Shown: positions 1-8,385 of the stretch, piece by piece | How positions within the stretch are numbered: position 1 is the stretch's first letter | Layout: each line of letters begins with the position of its first letter | Translations under genes and position numbers: made by a program | Assembly: GCA_001779315.1 (NCBI GenBank) | Contig: MFJU01000004.1 | Span: forward strand, 6,753 to 70,752 | Length of the DNA stretch: 64,000 bases | Reading direction: 5' to 3' | Source of the DNA: Candidatus Gottesmanbacteria bacterium RIFCSPLOWO2_01_FULL_42_22 | GTDB taxonomy: Bacteria; Patescibacteriota; Microgenomatia; 2-02-FULL-39-11 | Notes under the pieces: model-generated | Told to the model about the DNA's origin: nothing | Databases searched by the model: none | What the model saw: the letters and a program-made list of their open reading frames with translations, nothing else

Positions 1-2213
1 AGCGATGGAGTCGGTGTCAGAGTCGGTTTCGCTACAAAAGGCAACAGTTTTAATTTTTTGAAGTAAATAGTTCCCTCGACTCCCCTTTCGGAGGAAGTGC
101 TTTTTAATTCAATGGCATTTGAGGTATAAGCGGATCCCTGATTGGCGGTAAAATGCGGTCCCTGGTAATAAACCCACTCTCCTTGCGGTTTAAAGCCGTC
201 GTAAGTCCTTAACTCACTGGCCCACCAATACTTGGCAATGGGATCTAGATTGAAATACATGTTTAGTCTCATCTCGCTTCCCCTCTCTGTCCAGGTAGCT
301 TCCAAAGTTGTATATAGATTGCTGCCGGGATCTGAACGTACTTCAATAGATGTTCCCGGATCAGGTATACCGTAATATTTCTTGCCGTTGGCCATAATGT
401 AGAATGATTCAGTCTCCAGTTTGACTGTTTCAGTCGCCCATTTGATAATATTTTTCCCCTGATAATGACTGCGCCAGATATTCAAGTCCAGTCCTTCGAC
501 AGTGCCGTTATAATTGAAATCTCCGTCTCTGTTCCTGTTTTGGGTTGAGCGCCCGTAATTATTAAGCCAAATGACATAGTCCTGTCCGTCGACTTTACCG
601 TCCTCATTGGCGTCTCCCGGCATTAAATCATCAGGTCTGGTCGGTGTCGGGGTGATCGTCGGAGTCAGTGTCGGCGGCGGACACCACCATCCGCCTGAGG
701 GCAGGATACAGGCGGAATCAGTAGCGCTGCTATTGCATAAATCAGGTTTTGGCATGCAGGTCGGGGTGGGCGTTAAAGTAATAGTCGGTGTCGGGGTTAG
801 CGTCGGCGTCGGAATTACCGTCGGGGTCGGAGTCCTGGTCGGCGTAGCTGTCGGAGTCGGGGTATTACTTGGCGGTGGGCACCAGTAAAAGTCGGGAGGC
901 TGATCGCAATAAATGACATTGCCGTTTTCATCCGTTACTCCAGAAACACATGGCGGTAACGGCCGGCATATCGGTGTTGGGGTCGGCCCATTCCATTTAC
1001 AAAGTTCTTTATTATTGAAACTATAGGCAGGCATAGATGAAGTCGTATTTTGACAATAGTTATTTAATGACATTAGTTGAGATTTAACTGTGAAATTGGA
1101 TACTGCTCCTTTTGCCTTATAACAAGTTAGGGTGCCATCGTTGGAACAATTAACTCTGCCTGTAAAGCTTCTGGTATTGAAGGCCTTAGTTTCACGGCAA
1201 TAAGTGGAAGAAAAATAAGTCACGTAATTTCGTGAACTGTCGCTGCCTCCGCATAACTGGTTGGCGCTGTCATACCAGCCTGTAGGCAGCGGTGTGGGCG
1301 TGACCGTTGGAGAAACAGGCGGCCGAACGCAAGCTCCATTTGAGCAGCCCGAGGGACATGTCTGCAATCTGTTTATGGCATATTTACCGCCGTCAGCCGG
1401 ATTCCTCCAGCAGAACCATTCGGAAAGTAAGCCGGAATATGGAGGATTTGCCTGCCCCTCTTGGTTTACAACTGCATAAGCACAGTAATCTTCAAAAGTT
1501 TTTACCATACCATCCGGCTGTTTTTGCACGGTGGTCCCTTTTTGAAAATAGTCCAGTCCGTCAGGATACTCCGGGCTTACATCGGAATCAGTACAGCTGA
1601 CTGCTCCCGGGACCGGAGTCAAAGTACTTGTTGGAGGTACGACTCTGGCTACTTTCACGCTGCTATTGGTTGTAGATATTGGAGCGATTACCACCGAGGC
1701 GTTACTGACAACCTCAAGGTCGGAAACGGTTATCAGTTTGGGTTTTGAGGTCAACTCCCTGCCTATAAACCAGATATTGGCAATATTTAAAGCTTTGTCC
1801 GTTGGCGGTCCGCTGCCGGGCGTTTCTGCCGCCAGTTCGATCACCAGTTTGCCGTTTTCATTAGCTTTGGAGGGACTGTCCATTCTTATAATCTTGCTAA
1901 AACCGGAGCCTGATATGTCGATTTTTTTTTCAGTTGACAGTTTTAAATATTCTTCGGGGAAATTTATTTCGGCTTTGAAATAATCAAGTTTTTCCCCGGC
2001 TGAACCGTTATCGAAAACAGCTTTCAGGGAAAACATGGAGTCGGAATTCAAAGTTATGATGTTTTCAGTCGGATAAACAGCGATTGAGCCGCCTGTGGCG
2101 GCTGCTTCTTTCCTGGATTCAGTATTCAGTTTTATGGCATAAAGAGCCAATCCCAGGAAAATTAGCAACACCGGCAGACTGAGAAGGACTAATAACTTTT
2201 TATCTTTTATCAT
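1..2213 (-). CDS. Secreted Cys-rich, Pro/Thr-linker protein with an internal dockerin-like repeat pair. It is partial: the C-terminus runs off the window edge.
   Basis: I hand-translated the minus strand from the ATG (revcomp of 2211..2213) and found it open to coordinate 1. The ORF is absent from the supplied track, presumably because it has no in-window stop. It has an N-terminal signal peptide (MIKDKKLLVLLSLPVLLIFLGLALYA) and TPTPT linkers (antisense of the + strand GVGVGV ORF at 607..888). Dockerin-like duplicated calcium-binding segments are present (DANEDGKVDGQDYVIWLNN and DFNYNGTVEGLDLNIWRSH). A CPSGCSNGAC motif is paralogous to the neighbouring gene. Its ATG overlaps the upstream gene's stop as ATGA. 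Confidence 0.6.
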   Translation of the reverse strand, partial: MIKDKKLLVLLSLPVLLIFLGLALYAIKLNTESRKEAAATGGSIAVYPTENIITLNSDSMFSLKAVFDNGSAGEKLDYFKAEINFPEEYLKLSTEKKIDISGSGFSKIIRMDSPSKANENGKLVIELAAETPGSGPPTDKALNIANIWFIGRELTSKPKLITVSDLEVVSNASVVIAPISTTNSSVKVARVVPPTSTLTPVPGAVSCTDSDVSPEYPDGLDYFQKGTTVQKQPDGMVKTFEDYCAYAVVNQEGQANPPYSGLLSEWFCWRNPADGGKYAINRLQTCPSGCSNGACVRPPVSPTVTPTPLPTGWYDSANQLCGGSDSSRNYVTYFSSTYCRETKAFNTRSFTGRVNCSNDGTLTCYKAKGAVSNFTVKSQLMSLNNYCQNTTSSMPAYSFNNKELCKWNGPTPTPICRPLPPCVSGVTDENGNVIYCDQPPDFYWCPPPSNTPTPTATPTRTPTPTVIPTPTLTPTPTITLTPTPTCMPKPDLCNSSATDSACILPSGGWWCPPPTLTPTITPTPTRPDDLMPGDANEDGKVDGQDYVIWLNNYGRSTQNRNRDGDFNYNGTVEGLDLNIWRSHYQGKNIIKWATETVKLETESFYIMANGKKYYGIPDPGTSIEVRSDPGSNLYTTLEATWTERGSEMRLNMYFNLDPIAKYWWASELRTYDGFKPQGEWVYYQGPHFTANQGSAYTSNAIELKSTSSERGVEGTIYFKKLKLLPFVAKPTLTPTPS

Positions 2214-3682
2214 CTTTTACCCCTATTATCCAACCATTTCACAAAATCCAATCCGTCTATATATTTATCTTGATTGAAATCCGCCCTCAGGTCAAGACAT
2301 ATCTTACCCTGGTTAGGATAACATTGGCTGTTTAGCCAGACGGAATAATCCAGACCGGAAATTTTGCCGTCGCAGTTGGCATCACCGTATTTTCTTTTGC
2401 TGCAAACAACAGCAGTTATTGGTACTTTGGTCGGAGTAATTGTCGGTGTAAAAGTAGGTGTCGGAGTTACCGGACAGATCCAACCACCGGGAGGTAGATA
2501 AATTTCCGGGCAGGTATTCCCCCAAGCTCCGCTGGGACAGGGTGGTGGAGGCGGTACACATGTCGGAGACGGCGTTATTGTTGGTATCGGCGTTTCTGTC
2601 GGGGTAGGTATGACACTATTGTTGTAATAAACGATTAATTGGGGAGCTGAATTGGAGGGGCCGCTTTCTCTGGAATAGAAACCGGTGTTGTTGCTTGAGT
2701 CAGCTGATAAAATGAATGAATATTCCCCGTTGCCTTTTATGGCGGATGTGACATCATACCAGACAAATCTGTAAGGGGGCACCTTATAAAGGTTATCCAG
2801 AGCTTCACCGATTTTGGCCGGTCTGTTGTTATGATTCAGTGTCGCTTCATTCCAATTATTTGAGGTCAGATAAATCGCCGGAGCATTACCCGATCCGTCA
2901 TAGGTAGTTTTCAAAAAAAGTAAAGCTTTGGTGACTGCTCCATTTACTCCCTCAGCTTTGGCTTTTATGTATGAGTGGCGGACAGGGCTTGAATCTACAA
3001 TCAGAAATCCGTCACTCCCGGTGTTTAAATCAGGTTGTGATCTGTCTGTATAGGCATCGGCAACTAACGGAAAACTTGCTTTGGCTGATTCATAAGGAGT
3101 CGGTGGCGGTGAAACCGGGCACCAGACTTCGTTAGGATTTGGATTGCAGTAATCGATAGATCCATCAGTCTTCTTTTCCCCGTCAGCACATAACGGTCTT
3201 TGTGTACAACCCGAGGCGGAAGGAGGTGTAAGCTGCTGACTGCAGGCTCCATCAGAACAACCATATGGACAATTTATGGAAACGCTGTCGATTATCTGCT
3301 GGCCGTTGGATTTTGTCCGGCAGGCATGCTCAACCAGAACTGTTTGAGGAATACAGCTAGGATCAGAAGATAAGCATTCCTGAAGAAGGCAGGTGTCCTG
3401 GATTGTCACCGCGCTTCCATCCGGGACAAGGCCGGTTGTTGTGCCTTTTAGAGAAGAAATTTTACCTCCGTCCGAATCAGAACAGGCAACAGGTGTAGGC
3501 TTGGCAGTGGAGGAAGGCTGCTGGTATGTTTGGGTTTGCAAATCCGAGGCTTTGGGGAAAAATCTGGAGCCGACTTCAACCAGTTTATTGCCGGCGAAAA
3601 TACCGGCGGTCAAAACGGCCATTCCGGCCAGAACCGCCACTAATGTTATGTCTCCCCTCTCCTTTTTAATTCGAGCAGGCAT
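2210..3682 (-). CDS. Secreted protein with a signal anchor, Cys-rich region, DNRLRE-like domain, PT-rich linkers and a C-terminal dockerin (type I-like) pair.
   Basis: The ORF track has 2210..3793. I prefer the internal start MPARIKKERGDITLVAVLAGMAVLTAGIFAG at 3682, which gives a signal anchor. The NWNEATLNHNNRP...FVWYDVT motif resembles the DNRLRE domain. PT linkers include TPTETPIPTITPSPT. The C-terminus (DANCDGKISGLDYSVWLNS and DFNQDKYIDGLDFVKWLDN) is dockerin-like. Confidence 0.7.
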   Translation of the reverse strand: MPARIKKERGDITLVAVLAGMAVLTAGIFAGNKLVEVGSRFFPKASDLQTQTYQQPSSTAKPTPVACSDSDGGKISSLKGTTTGLVPDGSAVTIQDTCLLQECLSSDPSCIPQTVLVEHACRTKSNGQQIIDSVSINCPYGCSDGACSQQLTPPSASGCTQRPLCADGEKKTDGSIDYCNPNPNEVWCPVSPPPTPYESAKASFPLVADAYTDRSQPDLNTGSDGFLIVDSSPVRHSYIKAKAEGVNGAVTKALLFLKTTYDGSGNAPAIYLTSNNWNEATLNHNNRPAKIGEALDNLYKVPPYRFVWYDVTSAIKGNGEYSFILSADSSNNTGFYSRESGPSNSAPQLIVYYNNSVIPTPTETPIPTITPSPTCVPPPPPCPSGAWGNTCPEIYLPPGGWICPVTPTPTFTPTITPTKVPITAVVCSKRKYGDANCDGKISGLDYSVWLNSQCYPNQGKICLDLRADFNQDKYIDGLDFVKWLDNRGKR

Positions 3683-3804
3683 AAGGAAAATACTTGCCTC
3701 TATATAAAGATAAATACAATTTTTGGGAAAAAGCAAGAGGTACATGTATCTTTGAATTGACAGAATCATTTGAAAGTGTGCATAATAAATCAACGTTGAA
3801 AAAA

Positions 3805-4716
3805 ATGAAGCAAAAACAGCAGCGGCCGCACCCGACGGATCCCTACCGCCACCTTATTCCTCTTCTTATTATCCTGATTGCTCTTAGCCTGACCTTATCT
3901 TATGTTCTCTGGCATAAGCTCAATTATCGCTCTCTTGGCCAAACAAACGACACCTCAAAATCCATCAAGTTCGGCACTTTTGAAGCACCGCCGACTACCC
4001 CGGCTTATGAACCCCCTCCGACCGGCTCCTATAGCGGTCCGCTCCCGATTACTACCCCGGCCATTGGCGGTCCTGTCCCGCCGGTTGATTATTATTGCAT
4101 CGATGATGAAGATCCTGATATGTGCGATGACAATACTTCCCATCTCGTACCCAAAGGAGCAGGCGGTGTGGCAGGTTCCTGCGGTACAGTCATCAGCCAG
4201 GCCCACCGGCTGGTCATGGCACTTCCCCAGTACATGAAAGGCTTGAGGGATAAATTAACCTTGGCAATTTCCAACTGCGGTTATTCGACCGGACCGTCCG
4301 ATTCATACGTTTCGACTCATTTTGTCATAGATGCTTATAATCTGGCCGGTATAACCGGACTTAATAAGACTGATCCTGCCCATGTCAGCCCGTCAGGTTT
4401 ATACAATTGGTGGCAGAGCCCTCCTGCCGGTTACCTCTTTGTGCCTTATAGTCCAGCCGCAGTCCAGGAGTATGCTGCCGGACAGCGCGATTTAACGGGA
4501 TGCGTCATGTTTCTGACCACATCCTCAAGCTTCCACATCGGCATCGTCAATAAATTGGAGCTTTTCACTGCCCAGGGGGATGGCGTCATCTCTATTCTTC
4601 AATCAGGCACCAGTATGTATATTGACCGCTTTCCTGTAGCCAACTGGAATATCAGCAACTCATCGACCAATATGACATATACATCCGGTGTTGCCGGATT
4701 CGGCTGTTATCAATAA
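3805..4716 (+). CDS. Membrane-anchored Pro-rich protein with a possible Cys/His (CHAP/NlpC-like) hydrolase core.
   Basis: The ORF is open from 3694, but ATG 3805 (MKQKQQRPHP...) immediately precedes the TM helix LIPLLIILIALSLTL. It is divergent from the dockerin-protein operon. The spacing of SCGTVISQAH and FHIGIV suggests a Cys...His papain-like fold, which I rate as weak. Confidence 0.5.
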   Translation: MKQKQQRPHPTDPYRHLIPLLIILIALSLTLSYVLWHKLNYRSLGQTNDTSKSIKFGTFEAPPTTPAYEPPPTGSYSGPLPITTPAIGGPVPPVDYYCIDDEDPDMCDDNTSHLVPKGAGGVAGSCGTVISQAHRLVMALPQYMKGLRDKLTLAISNCGYSTGPSDSYVSTHFVIDAYNLAGITGLNKTDPAHVSPSGLYNWWQSPPAGYLFVPYSPAAVQEYAAGQRDLTGCVMFLTTSSSFHIGIVNKLELFTAQGDGVISILQSGTSMYIDRFPVANWNISNSSTNMTYTSGVAGFGCYQ

Positions 4717-4724
4717 ATAAAAAA

Positions 4725-5195
4725 ATGGATCTTAATAAATTTCATCTTTTGTCAAACAAAAAAATTCTGGTTTTAGGATCAATTATTATTTTCATAATTC
4801 TTCTGATTGTGATCTTTCTGCCAAAGAAAAAGTCTCCAAGTTTAAAAAATAATCCCGCCCAAACTGTGATGTATATCACATTACAGCCGCCTTCACCTGT
4901 CCCTACCAATTCAGCCCAACTTAAGCAAGCAATCGAGGAAGCAAAGCAATCAGCCCGCGAATATGACGACTGGCAGGCAAATCTTAGGCTAACCTATCCC
5001 TGGCTGCGAAAACTGCCGGTGGCTGATGATAAATATTATGTCTATTTTGATCTTAAAGAGGAAAAATTCCTCGGCTCGGTCTATCCTGCTAGCGGCGATA
5101 ACGTGGCCATTATCAAAGCCGAAGCCCTGCGTGTCTTAAAAGAGGTCAAAGAAATCCCCGTCGATGACTACCAAATCAGCTGGACCGTCAAGTAA
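4725..5195 (+). CDS. Small membrane-anchored hypothetical protein.
   Basis: ORF with one N-terminal TM helix (ILVLGSIIIFIILLIVIFL). It has no recognisable domain and is co-directional with the preceding gene. Confidence 0.45.
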   Translation: MDLNKFHLLSNKKILVLGSIIIFIILLIVIFLPKKKSPSLKNNPAQTVMYITLQPPSPVPTNSAQLKQAIEEAKQSAREYDDWQANLRLTYPWLRKLPVADDKYYVYFDLKEEKFLGSVYPASGDNVAIIKAEALRVLKEVKEIPVDDYQISWTVK

Positions 5196-5232
5196 TTACT
5201 ATATTTTTTCCGATCCGGGATCGGCATGAAGC

Positions 5233-5916
5233 TTAGGATCCGGGATTTTTTGCATCAGCGAGTACAACCGCTTCAGGAATTGAATAAAGAATTGAGGCCG
5301 GAAAAATATTTAAACCCTCCTCTGATTCCCGTTCCAATTTCCATAAAACTTGCTTTTTTGTTTTACCTGCCAGGCAAACCACTGCAAAATTGCACTGTTG
5401 AAATGCTTTAGGGGTAAGTGTAATTCTTTGAGGAAATCTGCCTTTATTCTCATACCCTACCGCAAATGTGTCTTTATCCCATAATTTCCGGTAACCGGGC
5501 AGCAGTCCTACCGTATGCCCGTCATCCCCTATGCCTAAAATAGCGATACGAAAATCAGTATTTTTATACAGTTTAGAAATAGTTTGATTATATTTTTGCG
5601 CGGACTCCTCCATTGTTCCTTTTTGATCTACAGCATAAAAAGTTAAACCGCTTTTTTCTATCTGATAGGCATTAATGTCCTCTTTATTTTCAGGCTGAAA
5701 ACGCTCATCGGCTTGTGCAATTGTCAAAAAATGAGGTTTTTTGGACAGGTTTTTCAGTTTTTCGGCAAAGAGCGGGTAGATATTAACGGCAGAACCTGCG
5801 GAAAGAAGAAGCAAGGTTTTTTGGGAGCTGGCAATTACAGCATCAATTTTTTCCGAAATTATGTCAGCCGCTTTGTGCCAAATTGATCGCCTGTCTGTCT
5901 TAACAATCTTAATCAT
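5233..5916 (-). CDS. pgl: 6-phosphogluconolactonase / glucosamine-6-P isomerase superfamily protein (Pgl-like).
   Basis: Motifs LSAGSAVNIYP, ADERF, ILGIGDDGH and RITLTPKAF match the 6PGL/NagB fold signatures (LAGG..TP, DER, GxGxDGH, R[VI]TLT). Confidence 0.7.
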   Translation of the reverse strand: MIKIVKTDRRSIWHKAADIISEKIDAVIASSQKTLLLLSAGSAVNIYPLFAEKLKNLSKKPHFLTIAQADERFQPENKEDINAYQIEKSGLTFYAVDQKGTMEESAQKYNQTISKLYKNTDFRIAILGIGDDGHTVGLLPGYRKLWDKDTFAVGYENKGRFPQRITLTPKAFQQCNFAVVCLAGKTKKQVLWKLERESEEGLNIFPASILYSIPEAVVLADAKNPGS

Positions 5917-5923
5917 TTTTTTC

Positions 5924-6946
5924 CTAATCGGGATTCTCCAAAAACCTCAGCAGTTCCTCTTTTTTGGCCAAAGTCGTCTTGACCGCCACTACTCCTTTTT
6001 CCGGTTGACCGTACAAAACCAGCGATCCGAGCGGAGATAAAAGAATGGCTGGTAGGGATGCCAGATCTTCCTCCCCGGCGACCTCAATTGCCCTTAATTT
6101 GCCGTCCGTAAGTGACTCTTTGAGATTCCTTTTTATAACTTTGACTAATTCGTCAGTGATATGACCGGCAGGATTTGAAACTTTACTATGGGCAGATATT
6201 TTTCCGAAGGCCAAATCAGCTAATTTCTGATGCTTTTTAATTCTCTTTACGTGAAAATCCACGATAGCCAATTGGTACCTGAATTCTAACTTATTCATCA
6301 TATAGACCACTTCGTCGCCGACGGCCGTTATCATTACCGGCTTTATTTTATCTATCTGCTCCTTTAGTTTTTTTCCGATTTTCAGGATATCATCCTCGGG
6401 ATTTTTTATCAGGATTCCTATGGGAGATTTCAGCTTTAACCGCAGGTTTTGCGGCAGCTTCCTGCCGAAGATATGCAAATCAGCCATTAGCTGGCCAAAG
6501 CGGTTGATCTCACCCATCCTGATTCTGCTGGATGAAATAGCTTTGCCGTCCTCGGCCATGACTAAATCCATTGTTTCCAACTTTAATTGAGGCAGGCCTG
6601 ATTTCCCTCTTTTTTGGTTTACTTTTTCTCCGCCTGTCCGGGAATCGGCAGTGACCAATAAAGCCTCAATCTCATTTTCTGCTGTCGCTGGTCCATAAAC
6701 ATCATCGATTTTTACAATCTCAACCCGCGGCCGGAAATTTTGCTCTTTTATAAAGAGCATCAACTCCCGTTTCCTATCACTATAATTCTTAATTTTAATT
6801 TTGGATTTTTCTTTTACAAAAGAATCAGAGGTTAGTCCAATAATGACTCTTTCACTTAAATCAAAAGCCTGGGAAATAAAACGATGGTGTCCTTTATGCA
6901 AACGGTCAAAAGTACCGGCAATGGCGATCTGGCGGTATTTCATCAA
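5924..6946 (-). CDS. Cytidylyltransferase-fold (archaeal-type PPAT-like, HxGH) N-domain fused to a DUF359-like C-domain. I infer it is a candidate bifunctional PPAT/dephospho-CoA kinase.
   Basis: The N-terminus IAGTFDRLHKGHHRFI is the HxGH nucleotidyltransferase motif. The C-terminal half (VGDEVV...AGEEDLASLPA) resembles DUF359/COG1909. There is a 4-nt ATGA overlap with upstream glgA. Confidence 0.55.
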   Translation of the reverse strand: MMKYRQIAIAGTFDRLHKGHHRFISQAFDLSERVIIGLTSDSFVKEKSKIKIKNYSDRKRELMLFIKEQNFRPRVEIVKIDDVYGPATAENEIEALLVTADSRTGGEKVNQKRGKSGLPQLKLETMDLVMAEDGKAISSSRIRMGEINRFGQLMADLHIFGRKLPQNLRLKLKSPIGILIKNPEDDILKIGKKLKEQIDKIKPVMITAVGDEVVYMMNKLEFRYQLAIVDFHVKRIKKHQKLADLAFGKISAHSKVSNPAGHITDELVKVIKRNLKESLTDGKLRAIEVAGEEDLASLPAILLSPLGSLVLYGQPEKGVVAVKTTLAKKEELLRFLENPD

Positions 6947-8382
6947 TATTCACCTGAACAGAGCTTTTCATAGAGAGCAATATATTCAGCCGCACTTTTT
7001 TTCCAGGAAAAATCAGCGGTTAGGGCCGCCATGATCATCACGTCATAGGTTTTCCTGTCATGGAGGCGCAAATCGATGGCTTTTCGGTAAACATGCTCCA
7101 GGGATTCAGAGGTATATTTTTCAAAAAGAAAGCCGTTATGGTTGTTCTTGATCGAATCGATCAGGCCGCCGGTATGGTGCGCTATCGGGATAGTCCCGAA
7201 AAACATGGCCAGCATCTGGATCAGGCCGCATGGTTCAAACTTGGACGGGATGACTATAAAATCCGATGATTCGTAAATTTCATGGGCCAGGCCCTCATTA
7301 AAAGTGAAATTGCAGTAAACGTTCTGCGGATAGAATTTATTAAACCACTCAAACCTGGCTTCCCAATCGACGTTGCCCGATCCCAGGATGACAAACTGGT
7401 GATTCTCCAGATCGAGATTCCTAATCATGCGGTGCAGGATGTCCAAACCTTTTTGAAAGGCATCGAAACGGCCGACAAAACAGGTCAAAGGGATATCATC
7501 TTTCTCTTCAAATCCCAATTTCTTCTGCAGCAGTTTCTTATTTTCCTTTTTTTTGGAAAGGTAATATGAAAGGTTGGCGGCAATTTGGTCAGGATGGTCC
7601 ATCCGGCTTCTGACAAAATCGCATTTCTTGCCGCTGTCGTGTTTCAAATACCTGGTGATGTTGATGCCGTTTAAAATTCCGAATACCCTACCCTCTTTAC
7701 CCCGCAGGATCTCATCCAAGCCAATGCCGTATTCTTCGGTCATGATCTCCCTGGCATAAGTCGGTGAAACTGTAGTCACCACATCGGCATGGATTATCCC
7801 TTCCATCAGTAAATTTAACTGTTTAGTTTCCCTCTCCCAGGCCAGGATACTGCCCTTTTCCTGATTGATCCCCAATTTTGAGAGCACATCCTTGCTCACT
7901 CTTCCCTGATGGGCCAGGTTGTGGATGGTCAGCAGGGATTTTATCGGCAACTTTTCTTCTTTGATAAGAAGCGGGAGCATACCTGTATGCACATCATTGC
8001 AGTGGATAATATCAGGTGTAAAAGATAAAAAATTCCCCTTGATAGCCTCAATTATGGCTTTATTGAAAAAAGGCCAGGTATCCTGATCGATAACCACATC
8101 CAAATAAATGCTGTTCTTGAGAAAAAAACAGGGAAAATTATTCAAAGGGTGCAGGGCTTTGTATATATCCACTTTTTCCTCTTTGCCGTTATAGATGCAA
8201 TGAAATGTACGTATATGTTTCTTGTTGATTTCACCAAAACGGACTGCCTTATAAAAAGGCATCACCACGGCAATATCTACTCCCATCATAATTAAATCCG
8301 CCGGCAGGGCCCGGGCCACATCGCCCAAGCCTCCGACCTTAAAAAACGGCGGCAGTTCCCAAACAGCAAACAAGACTTTCAT
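6943..8382 (-). CDS. glgA: Glycogen (starch) synthase, GT5 family.
   Basis: The N-terminus MKVLFAVWELPPFFKVGGLGDV is the canonical KVGGLGDV ADP/UDP-glucose glycogen synthase motif. The length is 479 aa. Confidence 0.9.
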   Translation of the reverse strand: MKVLFAVWELPPFFKVGGLGDVARALPADLIMMGVDIAVVMPFYKAVRFGEINKKHIRTFHCIYNGKEEKVDIYKALHPLNNFPCFFLKNSIYLDVVIDQDTWPFFNKAIIEAIKGNFLSFTPDIIHCNDVHTGMLPLLIKEEKLPIKSLLTIHNLAHQGRVSKDVLSKLGINQEKGSILAWERETKQLNLLMEGIIHADVVTTVSPTYAREIMTEEYGIGLDEILRGKEGRVFGILNGINITRYLKHDSGKKCDFVRSRMDHPDQIAANLSYYLSKKKENKKLLQKKLGFEEKDDIPLTCFVGRFDAFQKGLDILHRMIRNLDLENHQFVILGSGNVDWEARFEWFNKFYPQNVYCNFTFNEGLAHEIYESSDFIVIPSKFEPCGLIQMLAMFFGTIPIAHHTGGLIDSIKNNHNGFLFEKYTSESLEHVYRKAIDLRLHDRKTYDVMIMAALTADFSWKKSAAEYIALYEKLCSGEY

Positions 8383-8385
8383 AAC

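Noticed and set aside
607-888. Plus-strand ORF encoding a GVGVGV-rich peptide. Similar cases are 10998..11321(-), 39717..39920(+) and 47597..48019(+).
   Set aside because: These are antisense reading frames of (ACN/CCN)n tracts that encode Pro/Thr linkers in real genes on the opposite strand. Their low-complexity translation is an artefact.
3683-3793. Longer version of the secreted protein gene starting at 3793 (MIYYAHF...).
   Set aside because: The extension is hydrophilic and odd, and it lies upstream of the obvious signal-anchor start MPARIKKERGDITLVAVLAG at 3682.
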